The translations under genes were made by a program, and so were the position numbers. Shown here in pieces: positions 11,201 to 23,099 of a stretch of DNA of 23,386 nt; the stretch's first letter is position 1; each line of letters begins with the position of its first letter. Under the pieces are notes generated by a model that worked only from the letters and a program-made list of their open reading frames with translations, was not told where the DNA came from and ran no database searches. Source of the stretch: Tubiluchus corallicola (lineage: Eukaryota; Animalia; Priapulida); contig JAQGDQ010001852.1 in assembly GCA_030141605.1 (NCBI GenBank), positions 1 through 23,386 of the forward strand, given 5' to 3'.

Positions 11201-12407
11201 ATTGTATAGGTATGTCGAAATATTCATTAATAAGCATAATGTGATTAAATAATACTGAAAAATATAAACTGTGATTATTAGCAACACCATCAAGATGATT
11301 ATTTTATTAGTTAAACTTTCATCACAACAGATTCTCCTATATTTATTCTTTGATATCTTTTTACAGAGCTTTTACCATGTCCTCAAGGTTTTGACCTCAG
11401 CTGGCCATCCACTGAGGAGCGCCAAGTAGATATTTCTACAGTAACCGGTGAAGAAGTATCAGTCACCGAATTCACTTGGTGCATGGTGAGTATGAACAGC
11501 CAACGATGTTTTAGCTCTTTGTGCATCTCATTTCTCGAGATGAAAATGTGTTATTCGTTTTTAATTATCAAATACAAACATACAAATAACTGGAACTTAT
11601 TAAGAAAAGAAAGTTTATCTATATACCCTAATAAGCCTTCTCTTAATGTACAAAGGAGTTTAATTCCTATAAGTTCATTTTCAAACACCTAGTTACTTGT
11701 TACTGTGCCAATTTCTTTTGCTCAGGTCTGCTTATTCATTACCGTTTTGACTTTTGTAACTACATAATCAGTGCATAAGCTACTGTATCAATTTCTTTGC
11801 TAGTCTGTTTATTCATTACCTATTTGACTTTTGTAACTACATAATTAGTGCATAACAGGCTCTGCATATATGAACTGGTTGTAGGTTTGTAAATTTACCA
11901 CTGATGATGACAACAGGTAGTCGAAACGTTTGGCATAATTTTAATTTTTTAATGTGAAATTTTAATAAAGTTTTTTGTTTTTGACTATAAATGTTTTTAA
12001 TTTCCTGTAATAAAAATACAGAATCAGTTTAATCGATTATAAGGTTTGAAATCAGAAAAAAGTCGATTCACGATCCAGATATCAATCAAGCAAAAATCAA
12101 CTCTCAAACGTGAGATTGCGTCTGTAACAACGCATTATTTTTGTTTTTTAAATGATGAAGAAGAAGAAGAAAAAGTATTTATACTTTTATAAATGTCTTT
12201 ATTCCGAACAAATGATGTTAGACGTGAAGATAAAGCTGTTAGCGAAGTGAAATTTTTTTCTTAGGCTTTTAATCAACAAACAAGCAAACAAATATAATAT
12301 TTCCGTAGGTATATAATTAAGATTTTTGATTTATCCACGTCTACACATTATTTATGTATTATTACTATTATTATTATTATTAATATTATTATTAATATTA
12401 ATATTAA

Positions 12408-12451
<44 letters not shown>

Positions 12452-13105
12452 ATATTAATATTAATATTATCATTATCATTATCATTATCATTATCATTAT
12501 CGTTATCGTTATCGTTATCGTTATCGTTATCGTTATCATTATCATTATCATTATCATTATCATTATCATTATCATTATCATTATCATTATCATTATCATT
12601 ATCATTATCATTATCATTATCATTATCATTATCATTATCATTATCATTATCATTATCATTATAATTATCATTATCATTATTATAGTATTTAATGTCACTG
12701 AATCAGAATCTTACCACAATTTTTGATAAAGTCAGAAACATACACTTTTTTTTGTTTTCGTAGTGGTTGAAACCTGATCTTCCTACCAATCTAGATGACC
12801 TGTTGATGTCTGTTGGGGTCATAATTTTTAACATCATAACCGATAATTTATTCTTGCATGTAGCTGATAAATACTTGTAAGTAAATTTAAATTGTAGCTG
12901 CGCGCATGCGTATATCGAGTTTCTCGTGACTCTCTCGGGCAATTTCACATGTAGCACTGCTATAGAACGCAGATCATGTACATGTCTATAAAAGAAGTTT
13001 TTCAGGGGGGCGATTGACTGACCGATTGACTTACTGACTCACTGACCACCTGACTGACTCATTGGCCACCAGGCTGACTGGGTTATTACTGACTAACTGA
13101 ATTAA

Positions 13106-13193
<88 letters not shown>

Positions 13194-14987
13194 GTTATTA
13201 TTACTATTATTATTATTATTGTTGTTGTTGTTGTCGTTGTTATTATTATTTTTATTATTTTCTATAAGCAAAAACCATGCTGAATATTCATGCATAAAAT
13301 GCTTTTGTGGGGATTGGCTAGTTGTTTTATAATTGCTTATATGATTTACAGAATAATATCTGGATTTGTAAGTCAACATCTGAGTGACGGCATGTGGCAC
13401 AATTTGTGCTTCACTTGGAAATCCGGGGGAGAAATGAAAGTTTATCTTGATGGGGTCTTATTAGGTAAGTGACGAAAAAAACAAGTGAACATGCTATTTC
13501 TTCAACATGTTTGAGCATGAGTAGACAACATACTTTAGACAATATGGCGGACATCCTTAATGGCTGCTTGCTCATTTTTGAAATTGATTTAATCAAAAGT
13601 GCCAGACAGCAAGGCTGGTGCTGAAATTTTGCCCCAAGTTCAAACACCTAATCTTCGTTTCTTACCCAAAATAAACACAAAATTGCTCTTATTGCATCTT
13701 TATACTGGGTCCTATTGTTTAGGTGAAGAAAAAATCTAAGAACAGATAATTAAAATATATCAAGTAAAATTAGACGATATTTACAATGAGATGATTAAGC
13801 AGATTATAACACAATAACAGTTTTTGGTTAACTGCATACAGGGGGCGTTTCAACACTTTACGATGCTCTAGGCTTATGGTTCGGTCCCGCCCATCTCTAA
13901 TGTGAATTTATGGTTGCTTATGTAATGGGGAGATTAAACAATTGTTTGTGGTGTATTAGAAAGACTATTAACCTAGTTTCAACATGATCATTATTAATTA
14001 CGATATGACAAACGTACAGACTAGAAACTACATTATAGATTAGACGTTTTAGCACAACGTGGTTATGACAATAGACAATACCTAGTTATGACAATAGACA
14101 ATACCTAGTTATGACAAGAGACCTTACCTAGTTATGACAATAAACCTTACCTCGTTATGACAATGGACAATTCCTAATTATGACAATAAACCATACCTCG
14201 TTATGACAATGGACAATACCTAATTATGACAGTAAACATACCTCGTTATGACAATGGACAATGCCCAGTTATGGCAACAGTATTTTTAATTGTAAATTCA
14301 TTTTAATGCTCACAGTAGTGGAAACACTGATTAAATTATCAATTTTTCAATGTGTAGTTTACTGTTCAATGATTTGCAAGTTTTTTTTAACAACATAGAA
14401 TTTTATTACGTTACTATTATGTATATTGCCCATGTACTACGACGGTATTTGGGTAAATAAACTAAATTTAATTGTACTAATCGGTCCTACTGGTTTGTAG
14501 GTAGCGAGGCTGTCCCCACAGGTGACATTAGTATCAATGGTCTTTCTATCTCACTTTTCACCGGACTCATGACCGACGTGTTCATATCCCCAACAGAGGC
14601 AACCGCCGATATGATAGGTAATAAAACATTAAATTGAATTAACCTGTACGATTTTGTCGTCATTGTTATGGCGCGTTCATAAAAGCCAGTTTTCTCCCTG
14701 ACAAGAAAGCACGCTATAGATCAATCAATCAATCAAAACAAATAATAGTACAATTATGTCACTACTATTCAAGACGTAAAATAAATTACATCTTTACACA
14801 AGCACAAGAGTGAAAGTTGAAATTGTCAGAATTCAAACGAGGTTCTTTTGTAAAGAAAATTGTAAATTATTAATATTTTTATTTTTTTTAGCATTGAAAA
14901 CGAAACGATGGCCTGTACTAATAAACAACAACTTAATATTGAAAGAACACACACGCACGCACGCACACGCACACGCACACACTCACA

Positions 14988-15024
<37 letters not shown>

Positions 15025-15041
15025 GCACGCACGCACGCACG

Positions 15042-15096
<55 letters not shown>

Positions 15097-15488
15097 ATGC
15101 ACATTTGAAATTTGAAATTGTTCATTCTGAAAATGACATCGATTTTGAATTTGACGTTGTAGCTCATCCAATAACAGTTTGCGTTCTTTTTCGTTTAGCA
15201 ACCATAAGCATGACCTGCTTTAACGCCCCCGGAGACGTTGTGACTTGGGACAGGGAGAACATCGACATCCTAGATGGTGACATCACTTTTGAACTCCCAT
15301 CCACTTGCCCACTCACTGGAGAAGACACGGAGATGTGTCTACCAGTTTCTTCCAGCAAGATTGTTGATGCCTTCAAAGCTTTGGCGGACTTGACTTTCGA
15401 GCTGAAGAAACTGATTGACAAACCAGTTAGACCTCCACCCCGCCGACGTCACCGCCCACGCCGCTATCGCCCCCAGCGCCAATACTGA
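8242..15488 (+). CDS. Spliced gene for a secreted divergent pentraxin/LamG-like protein, join(8242..8274,9804..9909,11367..11485,12764..12876,13352..13464,14501..14617,15199..15488), 296 aa
   Basis: All introns are GT..AG and phases fit (0,1,0,2,1,1); total 891 nt = 296 aa + TGA. Signal peptide [18 protein letters not shown]; pentraxin motifs [42 protein letters not shown] and [19 protein letters not shown], the last resembling the neuronal-pentraxin C-terminus. Confidence 0.88.
9184..9503. repeat. 66-bp minisatellite, ~5 units (intron 1)
   Basis: Same unit starting at 9184, 9250, 9316, 9382, 9448. Confidence 0.95.
9804..9909 (+). CDS. Pentraxin-like gene exon 2 ([35 protein letters not shown])
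   Basis: tttttcag acceptor, G|GTAAG donor, open frame encoding the signal-peptide end plus a helical segment. Confidence 0.82.
10449..11064. mobile_element. Kolobok-like MITE, second family, near full length (intron 2)
   Basis: TTAA|AGGAAGACAGGA ... TCCGGTTTTGCT|GTAA imperfect TIRs; homologous copies at 1808-2398, 5861-6094 and 22537-22888. Confidence 0.6.
11367..11485 (+). CDS. Pentraxin-like gene exon 3 ([15 protein letters not shown]...VTEFTWCM)
   Basis: ctttttacag acceptor, GTGAGT donor; FTWCM matches the pentraxin FTxCxW strand. Confidence 0.87.
11701..11856. repeat. Diverged ~80-bp tandem duplication
   Basis: TACTGT..CAATTTCTTT..TTATTCATTACC..TTTGACTTTTGTAACTACATAAT.AGTGCATAA occurs twice (11701, 11781). 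Confidence 0.85.
11898..11933 (+). ncRNA. Minimal type I hammerhead ribozyme motif
   Basis: CCA-CUGAUGA-U-GAC[aacaggua]GUC-GAAAC-GUU-UGG: both core boxes, stem II GAC/GUC, stem I CCA/UGG, palindromic ACGU stem III. Confidence 0.65.
12358..12682. repeat. Compound microsatellite (ATT)n/(ATATTA)n/(ATCATT)n/(ATCGTT)n
   Basis: Direct reading. Confidence 0.97.
12764..12876 (+). CDS. Pentraxin-like gene exon 4 ([12 protein letters not shown]...HVADKY)
   Basis: Poly-T tract + cgtag acceptor, GTAAGT donor; supplies the W of CMWLK. Confidence 0.85.
13014..13258. repeat. Degenerate (GACT)n followed by (ATT)n/(GTT)n microsatellite
   Basis: Direct reading. Confidence 0.92.
13352..13464 (+). CDS. Pentraxin-like gene exon 5 ([37 protein letters not shown])
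   Basis: tttacag acceptor, G|GTAAGT donor; core pentraxin/LamG motif DGxWHxxCxTW..G...YxDG. Confidence 0.92.
14062..14278. repeat. 23-bp minisatellite, ~9.5 units (GTTATGACAATAGACAATACCTA)
   Basis: Period 23 from 14062; variants alternate in the 3' half. Confidence 0.93.
14501..14617 (+). CDS. Pentraxin-like gene exon 6 ([39 protein letters not shown])
   Basis: tttgtag acceptor, G|GTAAT donor; FxGxxxDVxI motif; phases match both neighbours. Confidence 0.85.
14947..15093. repeat. (CA)n/(CACG)n microsatellite
   Basis: Direct reading. Confidence 0.97.
15199..15488 (+). CDS. Pentraxin-like gene last coding exon ([17 protein letters not shown]...RRYRPQRQY*)
   Basis: ttctttttcgtttag acceptor; GC-richer codon-like sequence; ends in TGA; lies within ORF-track entry 15105..15488. 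Confidence 0.88.
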
Positions 15489-15590
15489 ATTTCTGATATT
15501 TGGATATAAATTATTTGGATTATAACCTTTTTATAAACGTTTGTAACATTTTACATATAATGTGTCTGTTAAACCAACAATGATAATGTT

Positions 15591-15596
15591 AATAAA
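15591..15596 (+). terminator. Candidate polyadenylation signal AATAAA of the pentraxin-like gene
   Basis: First AATAAA, about 100 nt after the stop, followed by T-rich sequence. Confidence 0.5.
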
Positions 15597-15660
15597 ATTT
15601 TTGTCTCTCATTCTAATGTTACTTGCTTTTGAAAATGCGCATTTATTTCTCTTAAATTCT

Positions 15661-15740
15661 CATCATCATCATCATCATCATCGTCGTCGTCGTCATCATC
15701 ATCATCGTCATCGTCGTCGTCATCATCATCGTCGTTATCG
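15661..15740. repeat. (CAT)n/(CGT)n microsatellite
   Basis: Direct reading. Confidence 0.95.
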
Positions 15741-18401
15741 ACAACTGCGTTTAAAATCAAATGACAAAAACGATTACAAACTCGAAACGAATCTTTTTTC
15801 TTCAAAAGATTACACGTGTTTATTATATATATATATAATACAAATTTACATCGTCATCAGAGACGTGCACGCATTCGTGCAATATCCACAAAATTACAAC
15901 AGCAACAACATCAATGAGGTTATTTAAATATTTACATATAAACAACTGTGGCACCCGTCAACAAAATTATATTTACACTATTTACAGCATATGCTCGTAT
16001 AGAGCAATGATTCTCAACAAGTACAACACTCCCTAATTTACCTCACCTACTGTAGCAGTCATACCACAATCCTGGTACAGATTATGCAAAACAAGGCATC
16101 ATTGATAAATCTTTAGAGCTGATGTCAACATAGCGCAATCTATTATCTTTCTTCCTACCACTTCAACTAACACATCCTTTTACCCTTCCTGTGTGATCTA
16201 ACATTTCTCCCAGTTCTATTTTTGTTCACTCATTCATTCTTTTTTTATCGGGTTCACATGACAGTGGGCTTATACAAGCCTTTGCTTCTCTAGCCCACTG
16301 CAGTACAATTATTCTTTTATGATAACGATAGTGTATGAAACATAACAATTTAATGCAGTAGATGTAATAATTTTGATGTCACTGTGTGCTTTATATTGTA
16401 CTGAATGAATGAATAAAAAATAAAAATAAAATAGGGGAGAATACAAACTGCAAAGCTTAGCGTGGCCCATGATGTGGATGTGAAACTTAATAAAGAATAC
16501 AGAGAAAAGGCAACAAGAAGGCTTGGCGAAATGCATGCGGTTAGGACGTAATTTTGTTGCTCTGATTGTCACTGTGTTTACTAAACTATTTTTGCTCAAA
16601 TTAGTAATAGGAAGTTATATGTACATGTGCATAAACTTATGCAGTACCTGAATATGTGAGAATTTTGGTGAAGATTCAAGTGGGTTTTAATTATTAACGA
16701 AAACTATTCAAAAAATAGCAAAGATTGGTGTGTAATCTAGTCGATTAGAACTAGTACGACAACATCGTTACCTGTTAACTGTATACACGCCCACGCATCA
16801 TTGGCTAGGACAATGGATATGTCAAAAGACGTTGATGAGCTAACCAGCCCAGCAGCTCTCTCTAAACCCCAGACAAAGACCAGGAAAAGTTGCCAAAAAT
16901 GCAAAATCATATAACAGTCATTAAAGCTGTCATTAAAATTGCATATATGTTTCCCGAAGATAAATTTAATTTTATTTGTCTATAAAATCCCCCTAAATTC
17001 TCTAGCATATTTTGCATTAACTACAGTCTTGTAATATAGCCTTGAATGTTAGATTTAGATTTGACCTTAGCATAAGTTTGTAGGTAGTTTCAGACCATAC
17101 AAGTATGCATTGCATGAAGCCCAGTATTTAGATTAATTTATGAAGGAAAAGTTTATATAAGGCCGCTGGACATGAGCAACGAGGACAACTCTCTTAGCTT
17201 TCACTGGCTAATAGAGCAAGTCCCTCTATATAGGCCTGTAGTGCTAAATTATAGTTAAGATTATGGTGCACCTAAATTGAATTTATGTTATGCCTTATAA
17301 GGTGATTATTATGCTTTAGTGCATTGTGCTATTTGTGATAAATATGCTATTCATGTAAATGGTAGTATGTAAGAAAACATTTATGATAGTTAACTAACAC
17401 GATAGATTTGTGAAATTTGTAATATGTGAATCAAACTATTGTTCTCAAGTTATAAATGAATAAAAATGTTGCTTGAATGAAATAATGGTGTATTTTATTG
17501 TGGACACATTTTATTCAAATCTTGTTTGCTTTTTGTTGTTGGTTGTGCTCTTTTGAAATAGGAAGTACAAATGACTACATGTTTAAATGTTCAAAGTAGT
17601 GAAACACAAACATTAAAGAAATACATATCGAGGTTTACTTTAAAAATGGATAATCGCATAACCCTATCTTAACGACAATCATAAAAAGATTTACAACAGT
17701 TTCAGTCCTGTTACAAATAGATTACCAGGTTAACGTACCATAGGTTTCTCCCCTGAGTTTTATTAAAACAGAGTCAAAACAGATTAATATGCACTGTACT
17801 ACACAGACTGTGCAATACACATTACTAATATACATTGTAATAAAATTAGCACTATCTGTTGTGAAAGTAGAAATATATGGTTTTAATATAAATTTTAATA
17901 AGTTCTAAAATAGTTTCTTGAGTGTAGTAGTAATGATGTACGCAAATCGGATGAAAAAATCGTTATTAGGTTCTACTGTACTTGGCTCCTTGATCAAACT
18001 GCATGTGGCCCACAGGAATTGCGGGAAAGTTTAATGTGACCCGGCTAGTCAGATAATTTGCACACCCCTGTGCTAAAGTGTTGTGTTTTGCAATCACAAA
18101 GTCTGTGATATCTGGCGCTTATGCGTGACCTTGTTTGTTCAGGTACTTTTCACAGACCTTGAATGTTACCTGTGCAGGCAAGTTTTCTGGGCCAGCTGAT
18201 TTCTACCTGTTTATTAGCTAAAGTGTTAAAATATTAGCGGCGACCTGGCTTCATTGCTGCATACAATATATTTGTCATATTTCACGCTTAAATACATTGC
18301 CTGTTGTACTAAAGCGTAGCATCATACAGCTCACATTTAAATATTGCGTCTTATTTAGATACTTGCATAGACAAAATATAGTCAATAAATACAAACATAA
18401 A

Positions 18402-19008
18402 ATGGCAACTGGGGGAGAGGAAGTGACATGGGATCAGTTAATGTCCTGGGGTAAAACACAGTTACAACAAGAGGAAGTGACAAGGGACCAGTTAATGTCC
18501 TGGGGTAAAACACAGTTACAACAAGAGGAAGTGACATGGGATCAGTTAATGTCCTGGGGTAAAACACAGTTACAACAAGAGGGTGTGCCTGTGGAAGGCA
18601 AGAAAGTTGAAATTGTGCAGCAAATCTTACAAAGGCAGATGTTTTAGGCGATCCTACTTTGCAGGGGGGTGAGCCTGTTAAAAATTCCCTCGTTCCAAAT
18701 ACACTTGACCCCAACCTTGAAGGCGAAGAAGGGTATGTAGGAGATATTGATGCTGATTTACCAATATTTCCTGATCCAAAGGAAGATGCTATGAAAATTC
18801 AAACTCAAGCAGCCATAAAACCACCTATACCCCCTCGGAAGCATGACTGCACACCACCCCCACCACGCACCTCATCTACTATTTATGAAAATTTTCATCA
18901 ATTGACGCCTGAACAGTTGGAATGTCTTTTAAAAATAAGGCAAATAGAACTTGATGTTGAAAATGTACGCCAACAGCGTGACAGAGAATATGCCTTGGAG
19001 CGGTCTAG
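18402..19008 (+). mobile_element. Truncated, frameshifted gag-like ORF of a probable Ty3/Gypsy LTR retrotransposon
   Basis: MATGG start, SAP-like KTQLQQE-GVPVEGKKVEIVQQIL, Pro-rich linker and coiled coil LLKIRQIELDVENVRQQRDREYALER; split over two frames; no pol seen. Confidence 0.55.
18417..18581 (+). repeat. 54-bp in-frame tandem triplication (EEVTWDQLMSWGKTQLQQ x3)
   Basis: Units at 18417, 18471, 18525; the middle unit has two substitutions. Confidence 0.95.
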
Positions 19009-19065
19009 CAGGGCCGGCCTTAGGTAATTGGAGGTCCTAGGCGAAGTGAATTTGGTGGCCCCAAA
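19009..19065 (+). mobile_element. Single terminus of a hAT-like non-autonomous element
   Basis: CAGGGCCGGCCTTAGG..GAGGTCCTAGGCGA..GGCCCC resembles hAT MITE ends and cuts off the gag-like ORF; partner end not found. Confidence 0.45.
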
Positions 19066-19140
19066 TGAAATAGAACAATAAAAAAATATCAAAAAAATAA
19101 AATTACGCACAAAATTCTCAAAAAAGGCATGCGGCAAGAG

Positions 19141-19625
19141 GGAGAGGGAGAGGGAGAGGGAAACAATGACTACATTGTTTCCCCTCTATTTGCTGGGGTT
19201 CGTTTACAAAATATAGCTATTTACGATAACAAGATTATACATAATGCCAATTAAGAATAAATTTAAAATACATACATAGTTTACACTATAATTTATACAA
19301 TATAACGGCTAACTCAATACCTGTTATTCTCTGAAGTAATTTGAATTACTTTATAACAATTTTTTCCACACAACATCTCTAACAATATTTACATATGCCT
19401 GGCACACATCTTTATGGCTGAGAGCAGAATTTGTCTTAAATTTATTCGAAATTGCTGGTCTACCAAGTCACACTCAAATATAATGTGTTCTGGTGTTTGA
19501 GGAGTTGCATTATTACAATGACAGCAATCTGTATTTTCTTTGCCTATTCCATACCGAAATGATTTAGTTCCTCTATTTAAAAGTAAGTTTAATGCAGTTG
19601 ATTCAATAAGCCTTTCGTAATGCGT
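19141..19625 (-). mobile_element. 3' fragment of a non-LTR retrotransposon (ORF2 C-terminal CCHC knuckle + 3' UTR)
   Basis: CCHCNNATPQTPEHIIFEC = Cx2Cx8Hx4C; second copy at 23100-23386; terminal stem-loop and (CCCTCT)n tail. Confidence 0.7.
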
Positions 19626-20055
<430 letters not shown>

Positions 20056-20865
20056 ACGACTTTTAGCTATATTATTATTTTGTAGCCCTAAGTTGTATTG
20101 TTATTTCAAGAACCATTGTTATGTTTCAGACCACCTACAGGAATAATGTAAATAATAAATCAATGGAGCAACTCAAAATGACGTCAATGCAATGCCTGTA
20201 CAATTAGACATAGTTGACGTATTTAATGTTCTAACTTTTATTAGAGAGAACGATTAGTAATTAGGAACTTTTCTACGGTTGACCGCCATGTTAAATGACG
20301 TACCTACTAAATGACACCATTAATAACACCATTGTGTTCAAGTAATTGCACGAAATACTCGTGACCTTGAGAAAACACAAAGTTTGTGGTGCGTGATTAT
20401 TCAAGGTTACAATTAAGGTTAAGCAACTCTCACGCTCTTGTCGTGTCTACGCATGCGTCAACAAGCAGGATCGGATGAACCAATAGGCACAATAGCAATG
20501 CATCAGAAATTGATAAGTCTGTTGTAATTTTTTGAAAGTTTGTGTATAAAAATTTCTTATGTGTAAATAAGATCATTTTAGTAGTAAACTATTATATTTG
20601 GTGTAGTTGAAAGCAAACCACAAACAAGGAATTTTAATCATGCAGTGAGATGTATTAAATACATGTATAAGATGGAGCAATAAGCAGGTGCCAATCTTGG
20701 GAAGAAAATGTTGAAGATAGTTGGTTACCATGGAAACATATTCTAATGATTTACTGAACAACCGAAATTGCCAGAGTGTAGTCAGAGCTTATTACTGATT
20801 AAAACCCATTGTTTGCATTGACGTCTATTAAGGTTTGTATTTATGTATTGTTATTTTAAATGTCT

Positions 20866-21022
20866 TGGTTTTTGTATTTGTAAAGTATGTTTTGTATTAG
20901 ATAAAATGTTAAACATAAAATAATAGTCCATTGGCTTTAAGGCTCTGGGTTTTTGTATTTGTAAAGTTTGTCTTGTATTAGATAAAACGTTAAATATAAA
21001 AAATAATGGGCCATTGGCTTAA
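20866..21022. repeat. Diverged ~82-bp tandem duplication
   Basis: GGTTTTTGTATTTGTAAAGT..TTGTATTAGATAAAA.GTTAAA..CCATTGGCTT occurs twice. Confidence 0.85.
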
Positions 21023-21812
21023 ATAATGGGACATAGTTTAACATTTCCTTTTCTTTCCCTGATTTACGTTTGCGTAGTGACGTCATGTAATGGCGTCGCG
21101 GGAAATTTAGAATGAAAACAAACAAAATTCCTTTCAACGCGATTATGACATACGCCTAAAGTTGTTATAAAGTAATATATTTTTTTAAAATTTTCAAACC
21201 TGCTTCAGGTGCCCTCTTCTTGTCTTTTAAACGACGTTTACTTGGCATCCGGAATGCGCATGCGTTATGCGGATGCGCAACAGATAAAATCGGTTTATAT
21301 GTTTTTCAATGCACCCGTTTATGTGACCTGCGTTATGCGTTACGTACGAAGGTAAAGCCTCAATCGGTGGACGCGCACGCACGCACGCATGCCCACGTAA
21401 TTAAACACTTCCTTTAAATTTCTGTTCAGACTTGTTTTGTCCGACAAAAACAATCAAAATATGTTAGCTTTAGAAATTTAAAATAATAAAAATATCGATA
21501 GTTTATAATCTGAATTTCTTAATTTAATCTATTTTTGAACTCTAATTTTGCATAAGTTTAGCACAAAAATTAACTCACTGTTTTTTCGGTTGTTCCACAT
21601 TTGTGAAACGGAACAGCAAAAAATCCCAATGCTTTCGGATCGTCGATCCATGTTGAGCATCCACGTTGTTGTGTGTGGAGTGACGCTGATTTAATCCAAT
21701 AATTCAACGTGATTACGACATCTATCGTCTGACACATTATGTTACAAGTAGACTTTACACCTTTAAAGCAAATGAACTTGATATCATTTCTCTCACTTAT
21801 TAATTAATAGTA

Positions 21813-22264
<452 letters not shown>

Positions 22265-22536
22265 GCGTTTCAATAAACTATTACTTCCCGATTGGTGATT
22301 CTTTTCAGAATTTGAATAAAGTGCAGAATAAAAAAGGAGGAGAATCTATTATAAATTAAAAATTTCATACTTTTCACTACGTTATCCAAGCTTCCGTTTT
22401 CGTCAGTTCCATCGTATCTGCAAAACAAATTCCAGACTATCAATGTCAAACATCATTCTCTCTGTCTCTCTCATCATCATTAGACATCATTAACTGTCGT
22501 GCCAACGTTACTGGAACTCCACACGAATTGCTTTAA

Positions 22537-22888
22537 AGCAAAATCGGACCCGATCTTAGACTGTAGCTCAAAACCATCTACTCTTTAAAATATTGAAAGG
22601 AAACATACTATTTTTCAAAAAAATGACTTATGTGAAAGAATTATTATCACACAAATACAATTTCACGTTTGCGCCACTAGTTCTTCGCTGTTACATGCAT
22701 TTCGCCATTCGCTAGTTAGACGAGCACTAGCGCCTGCATTTCGGAAATGCATTGCACAAAAGGCAGGTGCTGTACCTCTTAGTTCAGGTATGTTAGTTTG
22801 TGACGAATTGCACACGTTCGACAGCTCAAGCGTGAACACAGCGGTAAATTTGAAATTCGAATTTTTATTTTAAAACCTGCTTAGTTTT
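22537..22888 (-). mobile_element. Inverted partial copy of the same MITE family
   Basis: TTAA|AGCAAAATCGGACCC..; aligns to 5861-6094 directly and to about 10712-11064 in reverse. Confidence 0.78.
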
Positions 22889-23099
22889 AAGATAATCTTC
22901 TTTTAAACATTTAGGAATCCTTAACAAAAAGCAATGTCGCAAAGACCACATTGCACAAAAAACAGGTGCTGTACATTTCGGAAAAAATAAAACTGTGGCT
23001 TTTTGGTACATAAGGATAAAGGTAAATATACAAAAATACGTAAACTTCCAAACAACTAACACACGCACACACACACACGCACGCACGCATGCACACACA

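Larger units (their letters stand above)
11495..11975 (+). mobile_element. Penelope-like element 3' remnant (GIY-YIG C-terminus + pLTR-like region) in intron 3
   Basis: [28 protein letters not shown] resembles the LxxKESxxI...PxLN end of Penelope GIY-YIG domains; followed by a hammerhead core and AATAAA (11964). Confidence 0.7.

Noticed and set aside
12326-12698. Low-complexity ORFs (poly-SL/IM; likewise poly-N, HT/CV, H/D and ER/SL ORFs at about 13086, 14810-15201, 15562-15927, 19589-20085, 21793-22273)
   Set aside because: Stop-free translations of microsatellites.
16813-16914. Short frame with KTRKSCQKCK resembling the 4693 ORF start or a transposase Cys-rich tail
   Set aside because: Too short, with no further supporting motifs.
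17857-18130. LTR (TGTTGTG..) and primer-binding site (TGGCGC..) for the gag-like ORF
   Set aside because: No second LTR and no clear CA terminus adjacent to the putative PBS.
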